Shown here piece after piece: positions 8,497 to 17,589 of a DNA stretch of 32,333 bases (the stretch's first letter is position 1; each line of letters starts with the position of its first letter). The notes beneath the pieces were generated by a model. It worked only from the letters and a program-made list of their open reading frames with translations. It did no database searches and was not told the origin of the DNA. This DNA is from a virus, in the IMG/VR virus record IMGVR_UViG_3300001688_000031; one strand, written 5' to 3'. A program made the translations under genes and the position numbers.

Positions 8497-8706
8497 TTAT
8501 AACCCCCCTAACACGTCGTCAATATCAACTTCTTTCGGATCGGGCTTGAAACGATCCGGATTGAATTCACGATGAATTTTGAAAAGCGTTAAAATTTTGT
8601 AAGGTGTCATGCGCCATACTTCGGCTTCGCTCCAGCGAAGAAGCGTTACGCCGATATAAAGAAGGCGGGCAAGGTCGATTATTCCTTGCCCGCCGTCATG
8701 TTTTTT
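8497..8706 (-). CDS. gpT-like extension of the tail assembly chaperone, reached by -1 frameshift from ORF 8679..9065.
   Basis: The -1 frame after the slippery site is open to TAA 8499-8497 and reads KKHDGGQGIIDLARLLYIGVTLLRWSEAEVWRMTPYKILTLFKIHREFNPDRFKPDPKEVDIDDVLGGL. It ends immediately before the tape measure ATG. Confidence 0.7.
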   Translation of the reverse strand, partial: KKHDGGQGIIDLARLLYIGVTLLRWSEAEVWRMTPYKILTLFKIHREFNPDRFKPDPKEVDIDDVLGGL

Positions 8707-9065
8707 TCGCCGTCCTCGCCTTCGTCGTCCTCTTCGTCACGTTCGGGCGGTTCGGGCGTGCCGTTGTTGCCCATCGAAAAAGCCTTGAAAATTGCGTTTT
8801 TGACTTCCGCAAAATTTCCGGTGTGAATAAGTCTGCCCACCTGTTTTTCGGTAAGCTCTTCTTCGCCTTCCTCTGCGCCTTCGTTCAGAAGGACGGTCAG
8901 AAGCCAGCGAATATTTTTAATGCTGTCCTTGCCGGAAAGCACTTTATCAAGGCGATCAAAGCCGCCGAATTTGTCCTGCATTTCGTCGATCGCGTTCAAA
9001 CTGAAAAGAAGGTGTCTTTCCTTGTCAAGCTCGATCGGGAAGCGTCCGTCTTTAATTGCGCTCAT
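8679..9065 (-). CDS. Tail assembly chaperone (gpG-like), 128 aa, acidic C-terminus.
   Basis: Lies between the major tail protein and the tape measure, with a slippery site near the 3' end. Confidence 0.75.
   Translation of the reverse strand: MSAIKDGRFPIELDKERHLLFSLNAIDEMQDKFGGFDRLDKVLSGKDSIKNIRWLLTVLLNEGAEEGEEELTEKQVGRLIHTGNFAEVKNAIFKAFSMGNNGTPEPPERDEEDDEGEDGEKNMTAGKE
8700..8706 (-). promoter_or_regulatory. Programmed -1 ribosomal frameshift slippery heptamer A AAA AAC.
   Basis: On the minus strand GAA AAA AAC lies in the zero frame of the chaperone, 7 codons before its stop. This is the canonical X XXY YYZ form. Confidence 0.7.
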
Positions 9066-9118
9066 AACAGAATAAGCGGGAAGCCGTTTCCGACTTCCCG
9101 CGTTCCTCCTTTCCGGTA

Positions 9119-9679
9119 TTAAGTTTCGGTGTTGTTAGGTTCGCGAACAGTAGTGAACCAAGCCGCCGCCACGGTGTTCGTAGGCTCTGCGACGTGTTCA
9201 GCCTTCCACAAGCCGTCGTCGCGCTTGATGAACTGTCCGACGATCTCCGGTGTAGTGAACTCGATACTATCGCCCTTTGTGGTGTAGTTTTCGTTCGGGA
9301 TCGCGAACTTCACCTTGTAAAGCCAAATATACTTGTACTTGCCGCCCGTTTTCTTCGCGCGGAAGCCGATTGCAGTATAAGGCGCTTCGTCGCTGTCAGA
9401 AGCGTAAAGCACGTTGTCCGCGTCCAGCTTCTGCCCAAGCAGGGCGGAAAGGTCAGCGGGAAGAAGATCATTGACGTTCAAAGTCAATTCGCCGGATACG
9501 AATTCTTTAACGATTTCGTCCGCTCCGTCGTCGGCATAAAGGATAGCTTCTGCGACTTCCACGGAAAGCTCCGCCGAAATAGCCTTCGCCATTCGCACGG
9601 GCGTTCCGTAGGTTTCTTTGCCGTTGTCGTCTACGGTAATGGGCGCGCGATAAAGATCGCGCAAACCGATTGTTGCCAT
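9119..9679 (-). CDS. Major tail protein (phi13-like family).
   Basis: MATIGLRDLYRAPI... N-terminus, 186 aa, position in the tail module. Confidence 0.8.
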   Translation of the reverse strand: MATIGLRDLYRAPITVDDNGKETYGTPVRMAKAISAELSVEVAEAILYADDGADEIVKEFVSGELTLNVNDLLPADLSALLGQKLDADNVLYASDSDEAPYTAIGFRAKKTGGKYKYIWLYKVKFAIPNENYTTKGDSIEFTTPEIVGQFIKRDDGLWKAEHVAEPTNTVAAAWFTTVREPNNTET

Positions 9680-9682
9680 GTG

Positions 9683-10012
9683 TCATACCTCCATATACTT
9701 GATTTGTACGGGGATATGATAATACCCCGTGTCTTGCTCGAAGATTTCCGCTTCAATCTCGAACCCGTAAAACCCCGCCGCTTTGACGTTGGCTTTCAAG
9801 GATTGAAGAAGCGTGAAATAATTTTTCTTTGAATACAAGTGTACTTGATACGTGTATTCCTGCGCCCCCTCTTCATCGTCTGAAAAGAAGGTGTCGCGCC
9901 CCGCCACAAGCTGGTACGTGATAAAACAAGCCGCCTTCCCGCCGTATTTCAGACGTTCGACGGGAACGCCCAGCTTTTCAAGCGTAGTTTTCAATAAGCT
10001 GTCAACGTTCAT
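9683..10012 (-). CDS. Tail completion / terminator-like protein (109 aa from ATG 10012).
   Basis: GGGAGG RBS upstream of ATG 10012. Position between the gp10-like protein and the major tail protein. Confidence 0.55.
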   Translation of the reverse strand: MNVDSLLKTTLEKLGVPVERLKYGGKAACFITYQLVAGRDTFFSDDEEGAQEYTYQVHLYSKKNYFTLLQSLKANVKAAGFYGFEIEAEIFEQDTGYYHIPVQIKYMEV

Positions 10013-10415
10013 TTTGTTTTTCCTCCCATACGCGGCGCATTTCCGCCGTTGCTTCCTCCGCCGCGTTAGCATTCGCCCTTGTGAACCACGGGCGCGCGGG
10101 CATATTTGAACGCCCGTAATTCAGCACGAAGCCTTTTTCGGCATTGCGTACCCCGTGCCGATCCTTTCCGGTCGGCGCGATCTCCACAAATTTGCCGCCG
10201 TCGCGCTCCTTCACGGCTGATACTTTGATCGAAGCCGTAAGCGCGCCCGTTGCTCTGCCTGTGCTGTTCAATTTCTTTGTTTCCGTCTGAAACGCGCGTT
10301 TGATAACCTCGCCGCCAGCTTTCAGCATTTCCGGCACGGCTTCTTCAACGATCGCGTCCTGTCGAAGCATTGCTTCCATAACGTCGTCAAGCCCTGTAAC
10401 GGTGAATTTAGCCAT
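10002..10415 (-). CDS. HK97 gp10 family tail-head joining protein.
   Basis: MAKFTVTGLDDVMEAM... and ...NYGRSNMPARPWF pattern. Synteny. Confidence 0.7.
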   Translation of the reverse strand: MAKFTVTGLDDVMEAMLRQDAIVEEAVPEMLKAGGEVIKRAFQTETKKLNSTGRATGALTASIKVSAVKERDGGKFVEIAPTGKDRHGVRNAEKGFVLNYGRSNMPARPWFTRANANAAEEATAEMRRVWEEKQNER

Positions 10416-10755
10416 CTTCGCCGCCCCCTTCCGCTTCCGGAAGGTTTACAAGCGTCAATTCCGTAAATTGTCCGTTGCCGTGCAAATACGTTCGCAATAC
10501 GCGATAGCGCGTCCCGCTCCCCACGGGATATTCAACGGTTTGTTCTCCGGCGTACTCCATTGTGTGAACGTCGAATTTCATTTCCGTTGTGTAGCCCGCT
10601 TGTGCCGCCTTGTAGAACTCCGAATAACCCACGGATTTCTTGTCAGCGAATACCGTTGTCGATGTTTCGTCATGGGGAAGGGGGAAGCCGTTTTCGTCCG
10701 TGCGCGGCGTTTTATCGGTCTGCGCGATCAGTTTGATTTGATCGTTCCAGCCCAT
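10408..10755 (-). CDS. Head closure protein (head-tail adaptor).
   Basis: 115 aa. Synteny and the typical SEFYKAAQAG...Y.V pattern. Confidence 0.65.
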   Translation of the reverse strand: MGWNDQIKLIAQTDKTPRTDENGFPLPHDETSTTVFADKKSVGYSEFYKAAQAGYTTEMKFDVHTMEYAGEQTVEYPVGSGTRYRVLRTYLHGNGQFTELTLVNLPEAEGGGEDG

Positions 10756-11046
10756 TTATTCGCCCTCGCTTTCCGTATGATCTCCGGACAAGGACAACGC
10801 GCATTTCAAATAATCATACGCTTTGCGGTATCGGTCGCCCTCTCCGCCGAAATTATCTTCCGATTTCGCGTAAAGAATGATCGCGCGGTCTAAAAGGGGA
10901 TCGCCCGTTGTGTCGGACGATCCCACTTCCGGAACATTGATACCGACAAGGCGAAGATCAGCGCAAGCGGAATTGATGTAATCCGTCACTTCGTCGTTAA
11001 AAACGGCGGCGGTTTTTCGCAACGCCAGCTTTACCTTGTCAAGCAT
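10756..11046 (-). CDS. gp6-like head-tail connector protein.
   Basis: 96 aa directly after the capsid gene. Pattern of the Phage_connect_1 type. Confidence 0.65.
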   Translation of the reverse strand: MLDKVKLALRKTAAVFNDEVTDYINSACADLRLVGINVPEVGSSDTTGDPLLDRAIILYAKSEDNFGGEGDRYRKAYDYLKCALSLSGDHTESEGE

Positions 11047-11060
11047 TGTTCAACCCTCCG

Positions 11061-12215
11061 TTACGCGGAAGCCTTAACCAGCTTGACGATAGCTTCGCCG
11101 ATAGCGGGCTGGCAATCGAAGATAGCGATACCGCTATACTTGTAACTGTTGGTGTTGATGTCGTATGCGTTCTTCACGCCGATATTTTCGGCAAGGTTTG
11201 CACAAACCTTCTTGAAATCACCCAAGAAGGCTTCGTGATCCTTGACGTAATCGGAAAGCAGAACGGGATAGCCGTACACGAAGTACGCGTTGCCCTGCAC
11301 GGTGACAATGTGGTTCTTGCTGTTGTCCTGCAAAGGCATAAAGTCGGTGAACAAGGTTTTCTTGCTCATGGCGAACTTTGCGTTGCGGTCGTAGCCCGCG
11401 TTCAGAAGTCCGATCAGCGCCTGCACGTTTGCGGCGGTAAGGGAAGCAGAAGCGCCCACGGATACGCTATTAGTAGCGCCCCAAGTGTTCGCCTTGTCAA
11501 TGCCCTTCGGCTGGTTACTGCCTGTGCCGTTGATAAGCAGATCTTCGATCTTGCGGGCGATAGCTTCCGCAAGCATATTGACGATCCAGCTTTCAAATGC
11601 CGCAATGCTCATAGTCATAACGGTATCGGAAATCTGAACCAGCTTGATGATCTCATATCCGGTAAGGGTAACAGTAGTGAAGGTGTCGGCGGCGGCGGTA
11701 ATAGCGGCGTTCTCGGCGTGAATAGCCGCGTCGTTATTAGTGCCTTCAACGGCAAACTTCACAGCGCCCTTGACGTGCAGAAGGGTAACTTCATTCAGCA
11801 TGGGCGCAAGAGTTTTGATCTTGCTGATGATCTCGTTTGCGGTCTGTGTGGGGATAACCTCTGCGCCCGCTCCGGTCACGTTGCTATACGCGCGCTTTTC
11901 AGCGTCGGAAAGGGGAAGGCGGCGAAGCTGTTTCAGCCATGCGGAACGGTATTCGGGGGAAGCAACGGGATCGTCGTTTTCCTCGGTCGCGGTCTGCTGG
12001 GTAAAGGAACGGGAAACAACGCCCGCGCCCTGTGCAATGGTGTTCAGAATGCCGCTACGCTTTTCGGCGGCGGCAATAAGTCCGGCGCGCTCTTCGGTAA
12101 GCTGGCTGGTTTCCTGCTCCAGCGCGTCGATCTCGGCGGCGGTCATTTCTGCGCCGCGCTGTTCGATTTCCTGCTTGATAGCCGCAAGACGGGCTTCAAT
12201 CTCTTTAATTCTCAT
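11061..12215 (-). CDS. Major capsid protein, HK97 family.
   Basis: 384 aa with an N-terminal coiled delta-like region (MRIKEIEARLAAIKQEIEQRG...). Follows the prohead protease. Confidence 0.9.
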   Translation of the reverse strand: MRIKEIEARLAAIKQEIEQRGAEMTAAEIDALEQETSQLTEERAGLIAAAEKRSGILNTIAQGAGVVSRSFTQQTATEENDDPVASPEYRSAWLKQLRRLPLSDAEKRAYSNVTGAGAEVIPTQTANEIISKIKTLAPMLNEVTLLHVKGAVKFAVEGTNNDAAIHAENAAITAAADTFTTVTLTGYEIIKLVQISDTVMTMSIAAFESWIVNMLAEAIARKIEDLLINGTGSNQPKGIDKANTWGATNSVSVGASASLTAANVQALIGLLNAGYDRNAKFAMSKKTLFTDFMPLQDNSKNHIVTVQGNAYFVYGYPVLLSDYVKDHEAFLGDFKKVCANLAENIGVKNAYDINTNSYKYSGIAIFDCQPAIGEAIVKLVKASA

Positions 12216-12219
12216 TGTG

Positions 12220-12840
12220 TTAAACCTCCATCATAAGTTTGATTTTTAGAATTTGCTTCCGGCGCTCCAGCCGCTCCTGCTGTTCCCTCTCGATCACTCC
12301 GTCGAAATAGGATCGTGCCGAAATATCGGTATCGCCGTTCGCCGGATAGCTAACCGCCGAAACGTCGTAAACCTTCTTGATCTTCAAGATCGTTCTTGTG
12401 TGCGTATCCTTGTTATACGCTTCTTCCGCTACGGTGAACGCCCAAGACATTTTGTAAATCAAGCCTTCGTCGATATTCGCATAAAGGCGCTTCGCTTCGT
12501 CTGTAAGGCTCAAATTCGCCGCAACAAACAAGCCGCTTTCCTGCGGCTCTAAAAGCAGGGAAGGCGGCTTGTTTTTCGCCATTTTGTTTCGGGCGAATAC
12601 CATTCCGGAATGATCGAACTGCATAATTACGTCGGACATATCCGCGCCGACAAGGGCGTTGCGGTCGATAACTTCGTAATATTTCACGCCGTCATACTCG
12701 AACATAACATACGGTTTATCGAAAGTCGTTGCGAAGCCTTCAACGTAATAATCCGTGTCAAACCTCTTTTCCGCCGCTTCCGTCGGGATCATCAGCGGCT
12801 GGAACATTTGTCGGTACTCCCGTTCCTTCACTATTGGCAT
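12220..12840 (-). CDS. Prohead serine protease, HK97 family.
   Basis: 206 aa, AAAGGAGG RBS, ...DVSAVSYPANGDT motif. Lies between portal and capsid. Confidence 0.85.
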   Translation of the reverse strand: MPIVKEREYRQMFQPLMIPTEAAEKRFDTDYYVEGFATTFDKPYVMFEYDGVKYYEVIDRNALVGADMSDVIMQFDHSGMVFARNKMAKNKPPSLLLEPQESGLFVAANLSLTDEAKRLYANIDEGLIYKMSWAFTVAEEAYNKDTHTRTILKIKKVYDVSAVSYPANGDTDISARSYFDGVIEREQQERLERRKQILKIKLMMEV

Positions 12841-13993
12841 TTGCTGTTACCTCCTTTCCCAATTCTGATACTTCCGCGTATTCCTTGCGGATATAATACT
12901 TCTCGCCGCCCTCTACGTGCGCCATGTTCCAAATGTCCATAACGCCGTTACGGTTCAGCAAGCCGCGGTCAAATAACTGTGTGCTGATATTCAGCTTCGT
13001 TTGATTGCTTGCGTACTGCAAGCGATTTGCGGTAAATGTGATCGCGTTACCGAAGGACAATTCGCGCGCTGTGTAGGTCATATTCGACATAACCAGCGAA
13101 AGCTGGATCGCGAAAGGCTCGATTTTGCCTTCGTAGTAGGCGTTCCAATCGTCCTCCGTGTATTTGTTTTGCAGGATCGCCGCGTTTGTCCCGAAGTAGT
13201 TAAAAACATTTTCGTTGATCTGTGCCATTTGCGCCGCGTTCACGGTGAAAGGTTTGCTTTCAATCGGCTTCACGTCTGCAAATTTGCTGTCGTAAATAAC
13301 CATTCCGGATTGATTTTCCGCCGAAAGGTTATCCGCCGTAAAGCGCTTTCGCTCTTTGGTTATATCCTCCGGCTTTAACATATTCGCGACTTTTGCAAGA
13401 AAACGGATCGAAGCCGAATTCTTCACGCCTTGAATAATGCCTTGATTTTGTGTGTGGATCAACTGCATTGTCGGGCGAAGCGCGGCGTTACTCTCTCCGA
13501 AGAAGTCGTCTTTGTACTGAAAATTCGTCAGCACTCCGACGCGCTCGAATTCGATTGCCGCTTTCTGCCCGCTTGCGAACGTATAACGCAAAAACGGCGC
13601 GCCGTTGTACTCGACAACTTCGCACCGCTGGGGAAGAACCGGATAATAACCGACGATCCCGCCGAAATCATCTTCGATCGGAACAATGAACGCCGTGTTG
13701 TTTACCGAAAGGATCGTCGCGATCCTGTAAATGAATTTTGATGTATCCATAAACGGATTTGGCTTGAACTGCAAAACCCGTTCAAGGCTCTTGTACGCCG
13801 TGCCGCTGATTTCCGGCTTCAACTTTGAAGCGAAGGACGCGAAAGAATGGATCGCCGCCCGTGTAAGCTCCATTTCGTAGATACTTTCCGGCGCATTGCT
13901 GAAAACGGGCGTATACCCGTTTAGCATTTTGAAATAGCCTTCCGCCTGTATGTCGGCTTTCGGCTTTCGGAAGATTGTTTCAAATACTCCCAT
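12758..13993 (-). CDS. Portal protein (HK97 family).
   Basis: 411 aa directly after the large terminase. Confidence 0.85.
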   Translation of the reverse strand: MGVFETIFRKPKADIQAEGYFKMLNGYTPVFSNAPESIYEMELTRAAIHSFASFASKLKPEISGTAYKSLERVLQFKPNPFMDTSKFIYRIATILSVNNTAFIVPIEDDFGGIVGYYPVLPQRCEVVEYNGAPFLRYTFASGQKAAIEFERVGVLTNFQYKDDFFGESNAALRPTMQLIHTQNQGIIQGVKNSASIRFLAKVANMLKPEDITKERKRFTADNLSAENQSGMVIYDSKFADVKPIESKPFTVNAAQMAQINENVFNYFGTNAAILQNKYTEDDWNAYYEGKIEPFAIQLSLVMSNMTYTARELSFGNAITFTANRLQYASNQTKLNISTQLFDRGLLNRNGVMDIWNMAHVEGGEKYYIRKEYAEVSELGKEVTANANSEGTGVPTNVPAADDPDGSGGKEV

Positions 13994-14000
13994 CGTTTAA

Positions 14001-15653
14001 TCACCCCGCATTTTTAAGCATTTCGCCTATTTCGTTATAATATTTCTGTCGAACTGTCATTGCGTCGATCACGGAAACGAAGCCGTCAATTCGCGCACGC
14101 TGTTCAATCTTAACCGGACGGAATTTCCGTGTTTCAAGATTGTGTTTCAAGGCAACGTTCAAGAAGTGCGCCTTCAACAAATTGTTGTCAGCGATCTTGA
14201 AATTACCGTCTTTGATAACGCCTTCAAATTCGCGGATCACGGGCGCAAGGTTTTCACCCTGCCATACGTCGTCCGTTTGGAAGCCCGCCGCCTTCAAGTC
14301 GTCAATCAGATATTGCGCGCTGTAACGGTCATACCCGATCTTCAAGATATAAATTCCGTATTCGTCGCGAAGGTTCGTGAACCATTCGTAAACGTCGCGA
14401 TAATCGACGTGGTTTTCGCCCGATAGCTTGACGATACCTTGCTTGACAAAAATATCATACGGCACGCCGTCGATCGCTTGCGCGGTTTCCAGCCTGTTTG
14501 CGGGCATGAAGAATTGCGCGAAGCCGTACAATACGCCGTCCCGCTCGATAATCACGGAAGCCGCCGTCAAGTCCGTTGTTTGCGAAAGGTCGATACCGCC
14601 CACGGCGTAGCTGTCGCGGAAATCCGCCAGCTTTGCACGAATGCCCGCGCCGTCAACAACGGGATAATCAAGCCACGCGATAGAAGAATTCTGCTTGATA
14701 TTGCAATACTTCGTCAAGAATTCCGCACGCTTCGACAAGCTCATTTCAGCAACGGCGATTTCTTCTTTGAAGAAGTCCGGCGATACAGAAACGCCCATAT
14801 TCGGATTTGCTTTTTTAAGCTCTTCTATATCGTTCCATTTCTCCACGTCGTCGATCATGTAAAGCAGGGGAAGAAGGCGGCGTTCCTTGCTTCCGCCCTT
14901 CAAAAACGCGGTCGATCGCTTCATAAGCTCGTCGAAAATACCGTCGTTTTCATATCCCGCCGTGCTGATCGAAAGGATCATCGGCTGGCGGCGCGCGCCC
15001 AGCGCGGATTTCATAACTTCATACTGCTTCAAGCCGCCGTCGCCGCGCCACGACGCGACTTCATCATTTACGACTAAATGCGGATTGAAGCCGTCGGATT
15101 TCTTCGCATTGAAGGCAAGCGGCTTGATCGCCGTGTTGCTCTCTTCGATGTAAATATCAGAACGGCGCTTCTTCGCAAGGTCTGAAAGCTCCGGTTCTTT
15201 TTTAATCATCTGATAGAAGTTATCGTATACGATGTTTGCTTGCTCCAGCTTCGGCGCAAGACAATAAATTTTCGCGCCATATTCGCCGTCAAGATACGCC
15301 ATATATGCGATCACAGCGGACGCGAAAAGCGTTTTGCCGTTCTTTCGTCCGATCACGATAAAGACTTCGCGGAATACTCGCGTTCCGTCCTCTTCAACGA
15401 TCCCGAACATAACGGAAACGGCGGCTTTCTGCCACAACTCCAGCTTCAAAAGGTCTGTTCGCCCTTCGCAATGATGGCAAAAGTTTTCTATGAAGCGAAT
15501 TGCCTTGTTTGCCTTCTTCGCGTTGAAGGTGAAAAGCCCGTCTTGAAGCCCCTGCACGATGTATTCATACAGAAGGCGAACCCACTTGCCGACGACTATT
15601 TTTCCGGACGTTATGCCGTCGAAATATTCGTAAATGTAGTTAGAAAACGGCAT
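14001..15653 (-). CDS. terL: Terminase large subunit.
   Basis: 550 aa, Terminase_1-like organisation, with a Walker-like GRKNGKT motif. Confidence 0.9.
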   Translation of the reverse strand: MPFSNYIYEYFDGITSGKIVVGKWVRLLYEYIVQGLQDGLFTFNAKKANKAIRFIENFCHHCEGRTDLLKLELWQKAAVSVMFGIVEEDGTRVFREVFIVIGRKNGKTLFASAVIAYMAYLDGEYGAKIYCLAPKLEQANIVYDNFYQMIKKEPELSDLAKKRRSDIYIEESNTAIKPLAFNAKKSDGFNPHLVVNDEVASWRGDGGLKQYEVMKSALGARRQPMILSISTAGYENDGIFDELMKRSTAFLKGGSKERRLLPLLYMIDDVEKWNDIEELKKANPNMGVSVSPDFFKEEIAVAEMSLSKRAEFLTKYCNIKQNSSIAWLDYPVVDGAGIRAKLADFRDSYAVGGIDLSQTTDLTAASVIIERDGVLYGFAQFFMPANRLETAQAIDGVPYDIFVKQGIVKLSGENHVDYRDVYEWFTNLRDEYGIYILKIGYDRYSAQYLIDDLKAAGFQTDDVWQGENLAPVIREFEGVIKDGNFKIADNNLLKAHFLNVALKHNLETRKFRPVKIEQRARIDGFVSVIDAMTVRQKYYNEIGEMLKNAG

Positions 15654-15656
15654 TTT

Positions 15657-16010
15657 TTATTCGTCCCGCAAGGCTTGCAAGCGGCTTTCTTTTTTCTTTT
15701 CGGGCGGCACAAGGTCGCAAAGCTGTTTGATGATCGCGGCGTGATTTTTCGTCATGGCGATATGCGTTTTCACCGCGTCGCTTTGTTTTGTCCCGCTCTG
15801 ATTTGCGCCGTTTTGGTATTCAACCGTGTATCCCTCTTCGTTGATGATCTCTTGCAATTCTTCAAGGGATACCGCCATAAACGCGGCGTTTTTGATAAGG
15901 CTTTCGACGGTCTGCAACTTGTTTTTGTCCAAGTCTTTGAAAATCCGCTTCAATCGGGAAAGCTCCCGTTTGATTTTCTGATCTTTCGTCAATTCCTTTT
16001 TTGTCGCCAT
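15657..16010 (-). CDS. terS: Terminase small subunit, P27 family.
   Basis: 117 aa, located between HNH and TerL. Sequence pattern of P27-type TerS. Confidence 0.65.
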   Translation of the reverse strand: MATKKELTKDQKIKRELSRLKRIFKDLDKNKLQTVESLIKNAAFMAVSLEELQEIINEEGYTVEYQNGANQSGTKQSDAVKTHIAMTKNHAAIIKQLCDLVPPEKKKESRLQALRDE

Positions 16011-16087
16011 AAATATCGCCCCCTTTCCGGATACCCCACACCCCCTTCAACGCGTACACCCGTTATGCGCGCGCCTGCGGAGTAAAA

Positions 16088-16435
16088 TTAACCTCCCGCC
16101 CTCGGTGTTTCACCCTCCCTAAAATTCCGGCGAATAGGGGGGGATACAAGGTTTCCTTCTTCGTCAAACATATATCGCCGCTTCTTGTCGTTTCGGTGGT
16201 GTTCCTTGTTGTGGCAATCTTGACAAAGCGCTTCGAGATTATCCCACGAAAGCGCGACGTTCGGATCGTTGATATTCTGCTTCGTCAAGTATGTTTTGTG
16301 ATGTGCAATCTTTGCGACGATCGGATCATGCGGCGTTGAACAGCGTTCGCACAAGCCGCCCTTCGACTTCAAGAAACTATCGCGGCACGATCTCCAAGCG
16401 TCGCTATTGTAGAACTGTTCCGCCCACGGCTTCAC
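16088..16435 (-). CDS. HNH endonuclease (packaging-associated). Probable GTG start at 16435.
   Basis: CERC...HH...N...LCQDCHNKEH motif. AGGAGG lies 9 nt upstream of GTG 16435. The longer track ORF start (16462) would abut the terminator. Confidence 0.8.
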   Translation of the reverse strand: MKPWAEQFYNSDAWRSCRDSFLKSKGGLCERCSTPHDPIVAKIAHHKTYLTKQNINDPNVALSWDNLEALCQDCHNKEHHRNDKKRRYMFDEEGNLVSPPIRRNFREGETPRAGG

Positions 16436-16460
16436 GCTGTCCCGCCTCCTTCCTGCATAC

Positions 16461-16499
16461 AAAACAAAAAGCCCTTTGCAGTTACCCGCAAAAGGCTTT
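16461..16499 (-). terminator. Rho-independent terminator immediately upstream of the late (HNH/terminase) operon.
   Basis: Stem 16468-16479 / 16488-16499 (11 of 12 bp) with an 8-nt loop. On the minus strand it is followed by TTTTTGTTTTG. Confidence 0.7.
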
Positions 16500-16539
16500 A
16501 TGTGCGCGCTATTTCGTTTCGCAAAAATTCATCGTAATA

Positions 16540-16568
16540 ATTATACCACGCGCGAAGGTTATTCACAA
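16540..16568 (-). promoter_or_regulatory. Sigma-70-type promoter: TTGTGA - 17 nt - TGgTATAAT (extended -10).
   Basis: -35 at 16568-16563, -10 at 16545-16540, in the intergenic region. Confidence 0.6.
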
Positions 16569-16592
16569 GGGCGGCAAAAGGTCGCCTTTTGG

Positions 16593-17207
16593 TCATTTGT
16601 CAATAGCCCTGTTCCGGTATGTCCCCGCGCTAACTGCCGCCGCAATACCGAATATGCAAACCGCCATATCCGTTACAATCTTGTTGCGCCATCTGCGCGC
16701 GGTCTTAATCTCTTTGAGAATGCCCGCTTCTTCAAGCTCTCCCGCGACTTCCTCCCACGTAGCCGCTTTCCCGCTGTCCCTCGGATTGCCGTTTATATCT
16801 TCCCCGAAGTAATACAAGCGGATCACGACGAATTCTTTTTGCCCCTCGAATAGCGATATTGCCCGCTTCAATTTCTCGAAGCCGAACTTTGTTTCGTTGA
16901 ACTGTCTGCGTTTTTCGTCCCGCATTTCCTCGACGATCTCTTCTTCGGTCTTGCGCTGGACGTATCCTTGCGCTTTCGGCGCGGCGGCAAACGTGCTTCG
17001 CCCTGCGTGATATTCTACGTCGCAATAGCCTTCTTCGTCTGCTACAAGCGCCGCCAGCTTCTTGTAGTTATACAAAAGCGTTTCCGTTGCCTTGAAATAA
17101 TTTACGTAATCGCCCGTGTTCGCCGCGTATGCTTCAAGCGCTCCGGCGCGGGCGGCTTCAAAAATCGCTTCGCGTACCTCTTCCGTAAGCTCTGTTTTTT
17201 TAGCCAT
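16593..17207 (-). CDS. Putative late-gene transcriptional regulator (sigma-70 region-4-like HTH; ArpU/RinA-like).
   Basis: C-terminal FVVIRLYYFGED...TWEEVAGEL...TARRWRNKIVTDMAV resembles a sigma region-4 HTH. It is the last gene before the late operon. GGGGGTG RBS before ATG 17207. Confidence 0.5.
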   Translation of the reverse strand: MAKKTELTEEVREAIFEAARAGALEAYAANTGDYVNYFKATETLLYNYKKLAALVADEEGYCDVEYHAGRSTFAAAPKAQGYVQRKTEEEIVEEMRDEKRRQFNETKFGFEKLKRAISLFEGQKEFVVIRLYYFGEDINGNPRDSGKAATWEEVAGELEEAGILKEIKTARRWRNKIVTDMAVCIFGIAAAVSAGTYRNRAIDK

Positions 17208-17589
17208 GATTTTCACCCCCTAAATATTGCATGATTGTTTCCGCCGCTCTTTCCCAGCCTTCGCACAAAGCGACGCAATAGCCCTGTCGCATAAGCGCTT
17301 CCATCCATTCGGCTTGATGATCGCTTAATCTTCCGCCGCGTTGCCGCTTCAACTCGATATAAAGCCCGTGGAAATCTCCGCGCGGAACGGGCAAGCATAG
17401 ATCGGGAACGCCAGCTTTTACGCCCTCCGCCCGAAGCCGTCCCGCTTCCGCTTTGTGTCTGCTTCCGCCGTTCGGCACGTGGTAAAGCAATTTCAATTCG
17501 GGATATTTCCCGCTTTGCATTGCCGCCCACGAAAAAAGCGTCATTTGTTCTTGTGCTTCCGTCGGAACGGGAAGTTTATTCGCCCGCAT
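17200..17589 (-). CDS. VRR-NUC domain nuclease.
   Basis: GVPDL...YIELK PD-(D/E)XK pattern, 129 aa. Confidence 0.7.
   Translation of the reverse strand: MRANKLPVPTEAQEQMTLFSWAAMQSGKYPELKLLYHVPNGGSRHKAEAGRLRAEGVKAGVPDLCLPVPRGDFHGLYIELKRQRGGRLSDHQAEWMEALMRQGYCVALCEGWERAAETIMQYLGGENHG

Noticed and set aside
11046-12236. A 396-aa plus-strand ORF, together with many other long plus-strand ORFs such as 5485..6240, 7615..8196, 9194..9832, 15240..16085 and 26548..27297.
   Set aside because: All lie antisense to confidently identified minus-strand genes (capsid, tape measure, major tail, terminase, transposase). They have low-complexity Arg/Gly/Val/Phe-rich translations and no RBS. They are typical shadow ORFs in moderately GC-rich DNA.
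16436-16533. A 7-codon mini-ORF (ATG AAT TTT TGC GAA ACG AAA TAG) in the late-operon leader as a leader peptide.
   Set aside because: It has no RBS, and the ATG is only a few nt from the predicted start. There is no sign of an attenuation-type alternative structure that I could see.
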